Positions 27,537 to 36,294 of a stretch of DNA of 64,000 nt are shown in pieces. The position numbers were made by a program, and so were the translations under genes. A model generated the notes under the pieces. That model saw only the letters and a program-made list of their open reading frames with translations. It ran no database searches and was not told where the DNA came from. The DNA is from Bdellovibrio sp. (GTDB lineage: Bacteria; Bdellovibrionota; Bdellovibrionia; Bdellovibrionales; Bdellovibrionaceae): assembly GCA_036676395.1 (NCBI GenBank), contig JAKFCY010000002.1:288001-352000 (forward strand), read 5' to 3'. The stretch's first letter is position 1; each line of letters opens with the position of its first letter.

Positions 27537-28694
27537 ATGGCAAATCCACAAGAACAAAAAGCACAAGGCGAAAAACTAAAAGCATTAGAACTAGCAGTTT
27601 CTACTATCGAAAAACAATTCGGTAAAGGTTCGATCATGCGTTTAGGCAGCAACGATTCTTTACATAAAGACGTAGAAGTTATTTCTTCTGGTTCTTTATC
27701 ATTAGACGTAGCACTTGGTATCGGTGGTCTTCCTAAAGGTCGTATCGTTGAAATCTTTGGCCCAGAATCTTCTGGTAAAACAACTTTAGCTCTTTCTACA
27801 ATTGCACAAGCTCAGAAAAAAGGTGGCGTTGTTGCATTCGTAGATGCAGAACATGCATTAGATACAAATTACGCCCGTAAATTAGGTGTTAACGTTGCAG
27901 ATCTTTTAATTTCACAACCAGACACTGGTGAACAAGCTTTAGAAATTGTTGAAACGTTAGTTCGTTCTGGCGCAGTAGATGTATTAGTTGTCGATTCAGT
28001 AGCGGCATTGGTTCCGCGCGCTGAGATCGAAGGTGAAATGGGTGATTCTCACATGGGTTTACAAGCTCGTTTGATGTCACAAGCCTTACGTAAATTAACG
28101 GCGGCGATTTCTCGTTCAAACACTTTAGTTATTTTCATCAATCAGATCCGCATGAAAATCGGTGTTATGTTCGGAAATCCAGAAACTACAACTGGTGGTA
28201 ACGCTTTAAAATTCTACGCTTCAGTTCGTTTAGATGTACGTCGTGTTGGCGCCATCAAAAATGGTGAAGAAGTTACTGGTAACAGAACAGCTGTTAAAGT
28301 TGTGAAAAATAAAATGGCTTCTCCGTTTACAAAAGTTGAATTCGACTTAATGTATGGTGAAGGTATTTCTGAAGAAGGTGATATCTTAGATTTAGCTGTG
28401 ACTGCGAACATGGTTGAAAAATCAGGTGCATGGTACTCTTACAAAGGTGAACGTTTAGGCCAAGGCCGCGACCAAGCTAAAGAATACTTAAAAGCAAATC
28501 CACAAGCTAAAACAGAATTAAGAGCTGCGATTCTAGCTAAAAACGGTATCGGTGCATTGTTGTTAACTAACGATATGAATGATGCTGTTACTGATGAAGA
28601 TTCTGTTGAGATGGAAACTCCAAAAAAAGGTAAAAAAGCTAAAGCCGAAGCGACTCCGAAAGAAGCTAAAGCTGAGAAAGAAAAATTGAACTAA
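27537..28694 (+). CDS. recA: Recombinase A
   Basis: [26 protein letters not shown] and GGNALKFY motifs. Confidence 0.99.
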   Translation: MANPQEQKAQGEKLKALELAVSTIEKQFGKGSIMRLGSNDSLHKDVEVISSGSLSLDVALGIGGLPKGRIVEIFGPESSGKTTLALSTIAQAQKKGGVVAFVDAEHALDTNYARKLGVNVADLLISQPDTGEQALEIVETLVRSGAVDVLVVDSVAALVPRAEIEGEMGDSHMGLQARLMSQALRKLTAAISRSNTLVIFINQIRMKIGVMFGNPETTTGGNALKFYASVRLDVRRVGAIKNGEEVTGNRTAVKVVKNKMASPFTKVEFDLMYGEGISEEGDILDLAVTANMVEKSGAWYSYKGERLGQGRDQAKEYLKANPQAKTELRAAILAKNGIGALLLTNDMNDAVTDEDSVEMETPKKGKKAKAEATPKEAKAEKEKLN

Positions 28695-28721
28695 TTGTTT
28701 GATTTGAAATTTTAGATATTT

Positions 28722-28755
28722 AAAAGCCTCGGTGATGAACCGGGGCTTTTTTTTT
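28722..28755 (+). terminator. Intrinsic terminator after recA
   Basis: AAAAGCCTCGGT-gatga-ACCGGGGCTTTT plus a T run. Confidence 0.88.
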
Positions 28756-28773
28756 AACCACTGGCGTATCGAG

Positions 28774-28814
28774 TTGAGACAACGACTAAAGTCTATACTG
28801 TTTGTAGCCGATAA
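28774..28814 (+). promoter_or_regulatory. sigma28 promoter with upstream TTGAGAC box
   Basis: TTGAGAC-aacgac-TAAAGTCT-N12-GCCGATAA. Confidence 0.75.
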
Positions 28815-28820
28815 ATTTGT

Positions 28821-30716
28821 GTGTGGGGTATGAATGTTATGAAATACATTTTATTTCTATTTTGCATTCTATTCTTTAATCTATCAGCCTTGGCCGAAGA
28901 CGAAACTGCTTCAGCAGACAATATTCGAATCAATTTAGGAAATTACAAATCAAATTCAGGAACGGATTCTGATCCTTTCAGCCTGAATACACCGCCCGAT
29001 TTTTCTTTCGCAAACACTAGTGGCACAATGAATTTTGGTGGGGCTTATTGTTCATCTCAAAATCTGAATGCATGTAAGACACAATATTTTTGCATGAAAG
29101 AGGGTGGTCATTGGGATTATTTGAGTGAAAGTTGTAAAAGAGCGAGCTGTCATTTCGGAACAACTGCGGATATGGCCGATCCAGAAAAATGCATTTGTAA
29201 TGGTGAAACTTTCGCTTACGTAGAGCGCGGTAACTTTTTACAAAGCTGCCCGGTTCGCTGTCAGGCTTCAGAAAATAAATCATACGCATTTTTTTCGCGA
29301 AGTTGTGTATGTAACGATGGCTTTACGATGGCGACAAACGGGGCCTGTGTTGCCAACCGACCTGCACAAACAGCTCCGAATATCAGTGAATGCTGGCGTG
29401 AATTAGCTGAAAAAGCTACGGCTTGTGAAACTGCGGCAGACACAGCTGTGGCCGAGTGCGAACCCGGTGAAAATGATTCATTACAGGCCCTACAAGGGTT
29501 ATTAGCTGGCACGAGTGGCAGCGCTATAGATAACTGCGAACGTGCAGCAACTGCAAGTACTTCGGGTTACCATCATGTAGAAGATACTCGTCGCGTCTGT
29601 GATGAGAAAATTAATTCATGTAAAACAGGCTGTGTTGATGCCACGGCTTTTCTTAATGCGAATAAAGCGCGTGTTTATAATGCTTGTCGTGAAAGGGCCT
29701 ATCAGGCACAAATTCAGGCAGGGCCGCCACTGCCTCAGGATCGATTTAATCCCATGTGGGATAATGATAACAAAGCAAATTTGGATAGCCAGTTTCAAAG
29801 TTTACTCACAAAAATTGAGAGCTCTCGCGCAACATGTGAAACAGGCACAGCGGCTAAAAATCGTGAAGAATTATCGACAGCAATGAATGAAATGAATACG
29901 AGCTCAAGAAATGCTAACCAGTGTGTGTGTCAGTTAGGCTCAACAAGTGCAGATTGTGCTAAGTCTGTCGTGGGGCCAGCAGATTGTTCAGCTGATCCGT
30001 CGCGACCAGGTTGCACGGCGGTTGCAGACAATTGTTTCGACGCGAATAATGTTTCTTTAAAATGTATCTGTTTTAGAAATCCAGAAAGCGCTCAATGTAA
30101 GGGTTCAGCAAATCTGAACGTTAAGGCTAATGAAATGGATGCAAGTGGATTTGCCGCAAAGAAAAATAGCATCGACACCCGCAGTAATAATTCTGAAGTC
30201 AGTGGTATGGCGGCAGGTAAAGCTACCGAGGGCTTTAGCAACATAGATAATGCTGGTCAAAAACCTGAAATTTATGCTCAATCTGAATTAATTTCTGAAG
30301 CAGCCAGCGGATCAACGATAAGTTCTGCCGGAAACACTGGCGGCGAAAAATCAGCTGTGGCTGCTGCGAGTGCCAGCTCTGGTGGTGCCGGCAACGTTTC
30401 AAAAAGCGCTAATCCTTCGCCAGCAACAGCAAAAAACAACGTTAGTGTAGGCAGTAAATTGAGTGGATTTTTTAATACAGCAAAATCAGCTATTGGTGGA
30501 ATTTTTAAAAAAGGTTCTGGCAATAAGGAATCGTCTGATGATTACCGTGATGGCAGTAATCCATCTTTTGATCAGAAAAAATTTCGACCACGTGGAATGG
30601 TTCGTGGAATTGCCAGTGTTGATGGGCTTGCTGGCAAACACGAAGACATCTGGAAAGTTATGAATAAACAATACAAAGTTCAAGACCAAAAAGACAATTT
30701 TATTTTCGAAAAATAG
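28821..30716 (+). CDS. Secreted Cys-rich protein with Ser/Gly/Ala-rich linker and conserved C-terminal tail (paralog 1; alternative starts 28830/28839)
   Basis: Signal peptide ALA-E; many CxC/CxxxC motifs; tail FRPRGMVRGIAS...EDIWKVMNKQY. Confidence 0.85.
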   Translation: MWGMNVMKYILFLFCILFFNLSALAEDETASADNIRINLGNYKSNSGTDSDPFSLNTPPDFSFANTSGTMNFGGAYCSSQNLNACKTQYFCMKEGGHWDYLSESCKRASCHFGTTADMADPEKCICNGETFAYVERGNFLQSCPVRCQASENKSYAFFSRSCVCNDGFTMATNGACVANRPAQTAPNISECWRELAEKATACETAADTAVAECEPGENDSLQALQGLLAGTSGSAIDNCERAATASTSGYHHVEDTRRVCDEKINSCKTGCVDATAFLNANKARVYNACRERAYQAQIQAGPPLPQDRFNPMWDNDNKANLDSQFQSLLTKIESSRATCETGTAAKNREELSTAMNEMNTSSRNANQCVCQLGSTSADCAKSVVGPADCSADPSRPGCTAVADNCFDANNVSLKCICFRNPESAQCKGSANLNVKANEMDASGFAAKKNSIDTRSNNSEVSGMAAGKATEGFSNIDNAGQKPEIYAQSELISEAASGSTISSAGNTGGEKSAVAAASASSGGAGNVSKSANPSPATAKNNVSVGSKLSGFFNTAKSAIGGIFKKGSGNKESSDDYRDGSNPSFDQKKFRPRGMVRGIASVDGLAGKHEDIWKVMNKQYKVQDQKDNFIFEK

Positions 30717-30719
30717 TCA

Positions 30720-31247
30720 CTAAAGCGCGAAGCTATAAATTGTTGTTAGCTGACCTTTTACCGAGGCGTCTAATGAACATTGAGCATCACCGCAGGGGAT
30801 GTCGTATCTAGCATTTGGTGGTCTGAAAATTTTATTCATTGCCGATTGTTCTAAAGCTTCGATAAGTGTTTTTGTTAGGGCTTGGCCTTCTGTTGTTGTT
30901 GGCGTTGCTTTAAGTAACTCGATCGCTTTTGCGAAAGCTACGTCAGACATAAAATCATTTTGTTTTAGATTTGAGAATGTAAAGCTGTAGCTATAGTGGG
31001 CGCAGCCGCCTGTAGTGAAAGCTAATTTTACTTTTCCTTTTTTTAGAACTGCTTTTTGTGTCAGAACTTTTTCTTTGTTATTACGCACTGGTTTTTTGAT
31101 TGAGAGAAAGTCTTTTGATTTTTGATCTAACGCTGATTTTGCATTCGGAAAATCGTACGCGCACTGGTCTTGTGCTTGTGGAGCTTCAGCAAAAGCATTG
31201 GCTCCAGTTAGTAACGCTACACAAATTAGGGTGATTATTTTTTTCAT
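30720..31247 (-). CDS. Secreted hypothetical protein
   Basis: Signal peptide MKKIITLIC...AFA-E; starts just after the gpx stop. Confidence 0.75.
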   Translation of the reverse strand: MKKIITLICVALLTGANAFAEAPQAQDQCAYDFPNAKSALDQKSKDFLSIKKPVRNNKEKVLTQKAVLKKGKVKLAFTTGGCAHYSYSFTFSNLKQNDFMSDVAFAKAIELLKATPTTTEGQALTKTLIEALEQSAMNKIFRPPNARYDIPCGDAQCSLDASVKGQLTTIYSFAL

Positions 31248-31248
31248 A

Positions 31249-31737
31249 CTATTTGCCGAGTGCTTTTTTAATGGTCTCGTTGATCGCAGCTGGCTCAGTG
31301 TTTGGCGCGAAACGCTCAATCACTTTACCGTCTTTGCCAACTAAGAATTTTGTGAAGTTCCATTTAACGGCTTCTGTACCTAAAATTCCCGGAGCTTCTG
31401 CTTTTAAATGCTTATAAACTTCTGCTGCTTCTCCGCCATTCACTGCAACTTTATCTAAAACGGGGAATGTTACGCCGTAGTTCATTTCGCAGAAAGATTG
31501 AATTTCGTCACTTGTGCCGGGTTCTTGTGAACCGAATTGGTTGCATGGAAAACCTAAGATCACTAGGCCATTATCTTTGTGTTCTTGATACAATGCTTCT
31601 AGGCCTTTGTATTGTGGAGTAAAGCCACATTTACTGGCTACATTCACGACCAAAACAACTTTGTCTTTATGTTGTGATAAGTCATAGTCTTTGGCCTGGG
31701 CATCTTTAACTGTAAAATCAAAAAAACTTTTTTTCAT
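31249..31737 (-). CDS. Cys-type glutathione peroxidase family protein
   Basis: VNVASKCG.TPQY, GFPCNQFG.QEPG and KWNFTKFL motifs; start at 31737 after GAGAGGA. Confidence 0.95.
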   Translation of the reverse strand: MKKSFFDFTVKDAQAKDYDLSQHKDKVVLVVNVASKCGFTPQYKGLEALYQEHKDNGLVILGFPCNQFGSQEPGTSDEIQSFCEMNYGVTFPVLDKVAVNGGEAAEVYKHLKAEAPGILGTEAVKWNFTKFLVGKDGKVIERFAPNTEPAAINETIKKALGK

Positions 31738-31919
31738 ATCGGTCCTCTCGTGTGGATATTTTGCTTCTGATGGCACCTGATAGTTTGTTCCTATCGGTTG
31801 ATCAAGTTATCGCAAACTCCTGCTTTGTATGTAGCCCACTATAACAGTTTTATTGTACGATAACATAGTACTTTCTAAAGGCTAAAACCTTTAGTTATAG
31901 ATGAATAGAGAATAGCTAT

Positions 31920-34900
31920 ATGTCACTAAGCAACATACCACAGACCGTTTCTTTAACTCGTAATCCGAACTTGTCGGCACCGAAAGTTGATCGCACCTCA
32001 GCAAATGAAGTGCAGCAAAAATTTGGTGAGCGCTGGTGGACAGGTTTACATCCTGAAAAATGTACCGGCTTTGATCGCGAGAAAAAATACCTGGCGGCCT
32101 TGCCATTAATTAATTTAGAAATTTGCACGCGCCAAGATGTGATGGATTATTTCGACAACACTTGGACGCTGACTGAAATTTTGTTCGCTGGTCTTAAACA
32201 TGAATCAACCTACATTCGTCCGCCGTATCATCAGCTGCGTCATCCGCTGATGTTTTATTACGGTCACCCGGCAGTTTTATTTTTAAATAAACTTCGTTTA
32301 GCTGGGGTTGTGGATAATCCTGTGGATTTGTACCTCGAGAAAGTCCTTGAAACCGGCGTGGATGAGATGTCTTGGGATGATATGGCTAAAAATGAAATGG
32401 AATGGCCAAATGTGGCAACCGTTCATGAGTATCGCCAAAAAATTTATAACTTAATTAAAAATGTAATTCAGACTCATCCAGATCTGGATTTAGCCGCACG
32501 CAAAGCGAAAAATATTCAAATAGGGCCGCAACATCCGCTGTGGTCGTTATTTATGGGTTTTGAACATGAAAAAATACATTTCGAAACTAGCAGCGTGTTG
32601 ATGCGCGAACTTCCGATTGAATTAGTTGAAACTCCGAAATACTGGGCGCCACTTTATGATTCTAAATCTACAAAGACGGCAAAACCAGCAGCAGGAAAAG
32701 ATTTTCCAGCGAACACTTGGAGTGCGCAAAAAGGATCTCTGGTTAGTTACGGAAAATCTGAAAACGCACCAAGTTTTGGTTGGGATAACGAATACGGTTA
32801 CAGAAAATCTAAAACAAAAGATTTTCAGTTAACTGAACAACTTATCAGTAATGGTGAATATTTTGATTTCGTCGCAAGTGGCGCTTATCAAGAAGATAAA
32901 TACTGGCAGGCTGAAGGTTTGATGTGGCGTAAGTTTCGCAATACCAAACGCCCGACGTTTTGGGTGGCTTACGGGCCAGAAGGTTTACACGAGTATAAAT
33001 TAAGAACCATTTTTGAAATTATTGATATGCCTTGGGATTGGCCGGCAGAAGTAAATTTTCACGAAGCGCAAGCCTATTGCCGTTGGAAGCAAGAACAAGA
33101 CAAGAGCACTCTTCACTATCGGTTAATCACCGAAGCTGAATTTGTTTCGTTGAAACTGAAATTACCAACTGATGAAGTTTTGCAAAACGCCGAATATAAA
33201 AAATCTGGTACGGTACATTCTGAAAAATTTAATTTTAATTTTCATCACGCATCACCGCGTCCAGTGAATACGGGCAGCGCTGATTCGGGTATCAGAGATT
33301 TAATGGGTAATGTGTGGCAATGGGCCGAAGATCAATTTAATCCGCTTGAAGGATTTAAAATTAATAAATTATACGATGATTTTTCAACGCCGTGTTTTGA
33401 TGGTAAACATCAAATGATCTTAGGCGGAAGTTTTATCAGTTGTGGTCACGAAGCCAGCATCAATGCACGTTTTCACTTTCGCCCACATTTTTTTCAACAT
33501 GCAGGGTTTCGTATAGCGGCCACTTTAGATGGGTCGCATGACAATGCGGCCATTCGATTAAAACACGACACACAATACGTGCACACCAAACGTGAAAACG
33601 TTTTAGATCAAATGCAAAAAGAGGATTGGTGGAAGTCAGTTCAACAGCCGATGGAGTTATCTGAAGAAGAAATTCAGAAAGCTTATGAAGCTGCCGAAAA
33701 ATTTGTCAGAAATTTTGAACACAACCGTAAAGACGTGTCTCCGATGGGAACGGCTTTAGATCCATACACCAATGATATTAAAAAAGATTATCGCAGACCG
33801 TATCAGACGACAAAAAACTTTCCTGAAACTCCGGAAAGTTTTGAAAAGCTTGTGCAATTTATTGCCACTGACATTGCGCCATTAGGGCAGCAGCCTGGAC
33901 ATCCAGGTTATATGGCCTATGTGGCAGGGGCTGCCAATCCGTTAAGTGCTCCGGCGCAAGCGCTGGCGATGACGATGAATCAATTTACTGGGCATTTCAG
34001 TTTAGCACCAGGATTGGTGACTTTAGAAATGGAAGTCATTCGTTGGTTTACGACAATGATGAAATACTCTGAACAAACAGCCACTGGAATTTTAACCGGT
34101 GGTGGTAGCCAGGCAAATATGATGGCCTTAGTCGCAGCCAGAAATAAATTATTCTCGCAAAAATTAGAATTATCTAAAGCCAGATTTTATGCGTCGACAC
34201 AGGTGCATCACTGCATTGGTAAAGCCATCGCATTTTTAGGGTTTCCGAAAGAGTGCCTACGGCTTATTGCCACTGATCAAAATTATTCAATGATCGCCAG
34301 TGAATTAGAAAAATCTATCACTGAAGATTTGAAAAATGGTTTAGTGCCAGTCGCTGTTGTTGGAACAGCCGGAACGACAAATACAGGCTCAGTTGACCCA
34401 TTGGATGCGATCGCAGATATTTGTGAAAAAAATAAAATCTGGTTTCATGTCGATGGGGCCTACGGTGCTTTATTTATGTTAACCGACAAAGGGCAAAAAG
34501 TTTTATCTGGCATTGAACGATCACAGTCAGTAGCTCTTGATCCGCACAAGGCTTTGCAAATTCCGTACGGGGTAGGGTGTTTGTTAATTAAAAATAAAAG
34601 TGATCTTTCAACACAATATGCGGGCAACAGTTCTTACATGCCACCATCACCTGGGTTGCATGAAGAACAATTTAGTTTAATTGATTTTGCCGATATTTCG
34701 CCCGAGTTATCGCGTGATCCGCGCGGATTACGTGTATGGCTTCCGCTAAAAGCGTTTGGTGTTGGCCCGTTTAAATTAAATCTAGAAGAAAAAATTCAAC
34801 TTTCTGATTATTTACATAGTGAACTTAAAAAAATCTCTTTAGTTAAAGTAGTTTCAGCGCCGCATTTAACTATTCAGTCGTTTAATTTAGGTAATACCGA

Positions 34901-35069
34901 AAAAACAAAAAAACTTTTAGCTTGGATCAACTCGCAGAATAAAATCTTTTTAAGTGGTTGTGAAATTGGTGGCTGTTTTTCAATTCGTGTGTGTTTGTTA
35001 GGTTACCGATTGCATTTTACCCAGGTGCAAGAACTCATTCAGTTGATTAAAGAGGGCTTGCATGCCTGA
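31920..35069 (+). CDS. OvoA-like sulfoxide synthase (DinB_2 + FGE-sulfatase) fused to a group II PLP-dependent decarboxylase
   Basis: LRHPLMFYYGH116, H216EKIH220 (3-His Fe site), GVDEMSWDD, FGWDNEYG, GNVWQW, LYDDFSTP, HFFQHAGFR; C-terminal HPGYMAY, GTAGTTNTG.VD, WFHVDGAYG and DPHK (PLP Lys ~877). Confidence 0.9.
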   Translation: MSLSNIPQTVSLTRNPNLSAPKVDRTSANEVQQKFGERWWTGLHPEKCTGFDREKKYLAALPLINLEICTRQDVMDYFDNTWTLTEILFAGLKHESTYIRPPYHQLRHPLMFYYGHPAVLFLNKLRLAGVVDNPVDLYLEKVLETGVDEMSWDDMAKNEMEWPNVATVHEYRQKIYNLIKNVIQTHPDLDLAARKAKNIQIGPQHPLWSLFMGFEHEKIHFETSSVLMRELPIELVETPKYWAPLYDSKSTKTAKPAAGKDFPANTWSAQKGSLVSYGKSENAPSFGWDNEYGYRKSKTKDFQLTEQLISNGEYFDFVASGAYQEDKYWQAEGLMWRKFRNTKRPTFWVAYGPEGLHEYKLRTIFEIIDMPWDWPAEVNFHEAQAYCRWKQEQDKSTLHYRLITEAEFVSLKLKLPTDEVLQNAEYKKSGTVHSEKFNFNFHHASPRPVNTGSADSGIRDLMGNVWQWAEDQFNPLEGFKINKLYDDFSTPCFDGKHQMILGGSFISCGHEASINARFHFRPHFFQHAGFRIAATLDGSHDNAAIRLKHDTQYVHTKRENVLDQMQKEDWWKSVQQPMELSEEEIQKAYEAAEKFVRNFEHNRKDVSPMGTALDPYTNDIKKDYRRPYQTTKNFPETPESFEKLVQFIATDIAPLGQQPGHPGYMAYVAGAANPLSAPAQALAMTMNQFTGHFSLAPGLVTLEMEVIRWFTTMMKYSEQTATGILTGGGSQANMMALVAARNKLFSQKLELSKARFYASTQVHHCIGKAIAFLGFPKECLRLIATDQNYSMIASELEKSITEDLKNGLVPVAVVGTAGTTNTGSVDPLDAIADICEKNKIWFHVDGAYGALFMLTDKGQKVLSGIERSQSVALDPHKALQIPYGVGCLLIKNKSDLSTQYAGNSSYMPPSPGLHEEQFSLIDFADISPELSRDPRGLRVWLPLKAFGVGPFKLNLEEKIQLSDYLHSELKKISLVKVVSAPHLTIQSFNLGNTEKTKKLLAWINSQNKIFLSGCEIGGCFSIRVCLLGYRLHFTQVQELIQLIKEGLHA

Positions 35070-36201
35070 TTTAGAGTTTTTTAAATCACAATTTAATAAA
35101 ACTGAATTAGTTCATTTAAACAATGCAGGTCTTCAGCCAATCACCCGCGCGGCACGAGAAAAAATTGATTACTGGTCGCGCCGCTTTTGGGAAGAGGGCT
35201 ATAACACAGATAAAGATTACGCAACCGATGTGACTCATGCCCGTAAAAGTTTAGCTACTATGATTGGTTGCGAAACCGGCGAAGTAGCTTTTTTTACTTC
35301 TACTGCGGGCGCGGTTAACCAAGTGGCTTTTGCTTGCGGATTAAAATCCGGTGACGAAGTGGTTATGTGGGATCAAGAGTACGGAAGCCACTTATACCCA
35401 TGGAAAGCCGCTTGTGACCAAGCCGGTGCCAAACTTGTGATCGTCGAATCAGATGAAAACTTAGCAACACCAATGCAAAGATATTTAAAAGCCATTACGC
35501 CAAAAACCAAAATCATCGCTTTTAGTTGGGTGCAGTTTACGGCGGCAAGCCAAATGGAAGACATCAAGCACGTTATTCAAACAGCAAAGCAAAAAGGAAT
35601 TTTAGTTTTCGTCGATATTATTCAGGGTTTTGGCTTACATCCTTGTGATATCTGGGCGTGGGGTGCTGATGCTGTCATGGGCGGAAGCCACAAATGGCTT
35701 TGTGCTCCGGTGGGCGTAGGTTTTTTAGCGCTACGAAAAAATTTAATTCCCCAATTTAAACCACATGTGATCGGTATGTACACTTACGGAACCTGTGATG
35801 ACCCATCTGATTTTGCCTGCGAACCAAAACGTGATGCGACGAAATTTGAACCTGGTTCAAAACAAGTTTTAGAAATCACGGCTCTTGGTGCATCACTTGA
35901 TGTGATTCAAAAAGTGGGTGTGAAGACAATCGAAACTGAAGCTTTAAGATTAGCAAAAATTTTACGTTCAGGAATTATCAATTTAGGTTATGAAGTTGTA
36001 TCTCCTTATCAAGGCGAACAAGTGCATTCAACACCGTTTATTAATTTTAAACCAAAAGGCGCGATGAGCAAAAAAGAATTGTCTGATAAATTGAACGCGC
36101 AAAAGATTTTTCACGCAGTTCGCGGCCCGGGTTTACGTTTTACACCGACGGCCTTTAATAGCGAAACTGATCTTGAAAAAGCCCTTTTAGCTTTAAAATA
36201 A
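35062..36201 (+). CDS. Aminotransferase class-V PLP enzyme (cysteine desulfurase/EgtE-like C-S lyase)
   Basis: HLNNAG, VDIIQGFG, GGSHKWLCAP.G.G and KFEPGS motifs; overlaps the upstream stop by 8 bp. Confidence 0.88.
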   Translation: MPDLEFFKSQFNKTELVHLNNAGLQPITRAAREKIDYWSRRFWEEGYNTDKDYATDVTHARKSLATMIGCETGEVAFFTSTAGAVNQVAFACGLKSGDEVVMWDQEYGSHLYPWKAACDQAGAKLVIVESDENLATPMQRYLKAITPKTKIIAFSWVQFTAASQMEDIKHVIQTAKQKGILVFVDIIQGFGLHPCDIWAWGADAVMGGSHKWLCAPVGVGFLALRKNLIPQFKPHVIGMYTYGTCDDPSDFACEPKRDATKFEPGSKQVLEITALGASLDVIQKVGVKTIETEALRLAKILRSGIINLGYEVVSPYQGEQVHSTPFINFKPKGAMSKKELSDKLNAQKIFHAVRGPGLRFTPTAFNSETDLEKALLALK

Positions 36202-36247
36202 TTGTTAAAACCTGCTATATCGCCTCTGCAAAAAGTCTTGTATTAAA

Positions 36248-36288
36248 TTGAGACACTGACTCAAGTCTGTATCATTTATGACCGATAA
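36248..36288 (+). promoter_or_regulatory. sigma28 promoter with upstream TTGAGAC box
   Basis: TTGAGAC-actgac-TCAAGTCT-N12-ACCGATAA, collinear with 28774-28814. Confidence 0.72.
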
Positions 36289-36294
36289 GCTCCC

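Noticed and set aside
31791..31818. ACCGATAG on the minus strand as a sigma28 promoter for gpx
   Set aside because: No recognisable -35 at the right spacing.
33465..33480. Phe in ARFHF read as a natural catalytic Tyr-to-Phe change making a cysteine dioxygenase
   Set aside because: Residue spacing from the His triad suggests the catalytic Tyr corresponds to LY485DDF, which is intact.
31249..36201. Selenometabolite (selenoneine/ovoselenol) cluster or selenocysteine GPx
   Set aside because: No selD/senB-like genes are in the window, and the GPx active-site codon is TGT (Cys).
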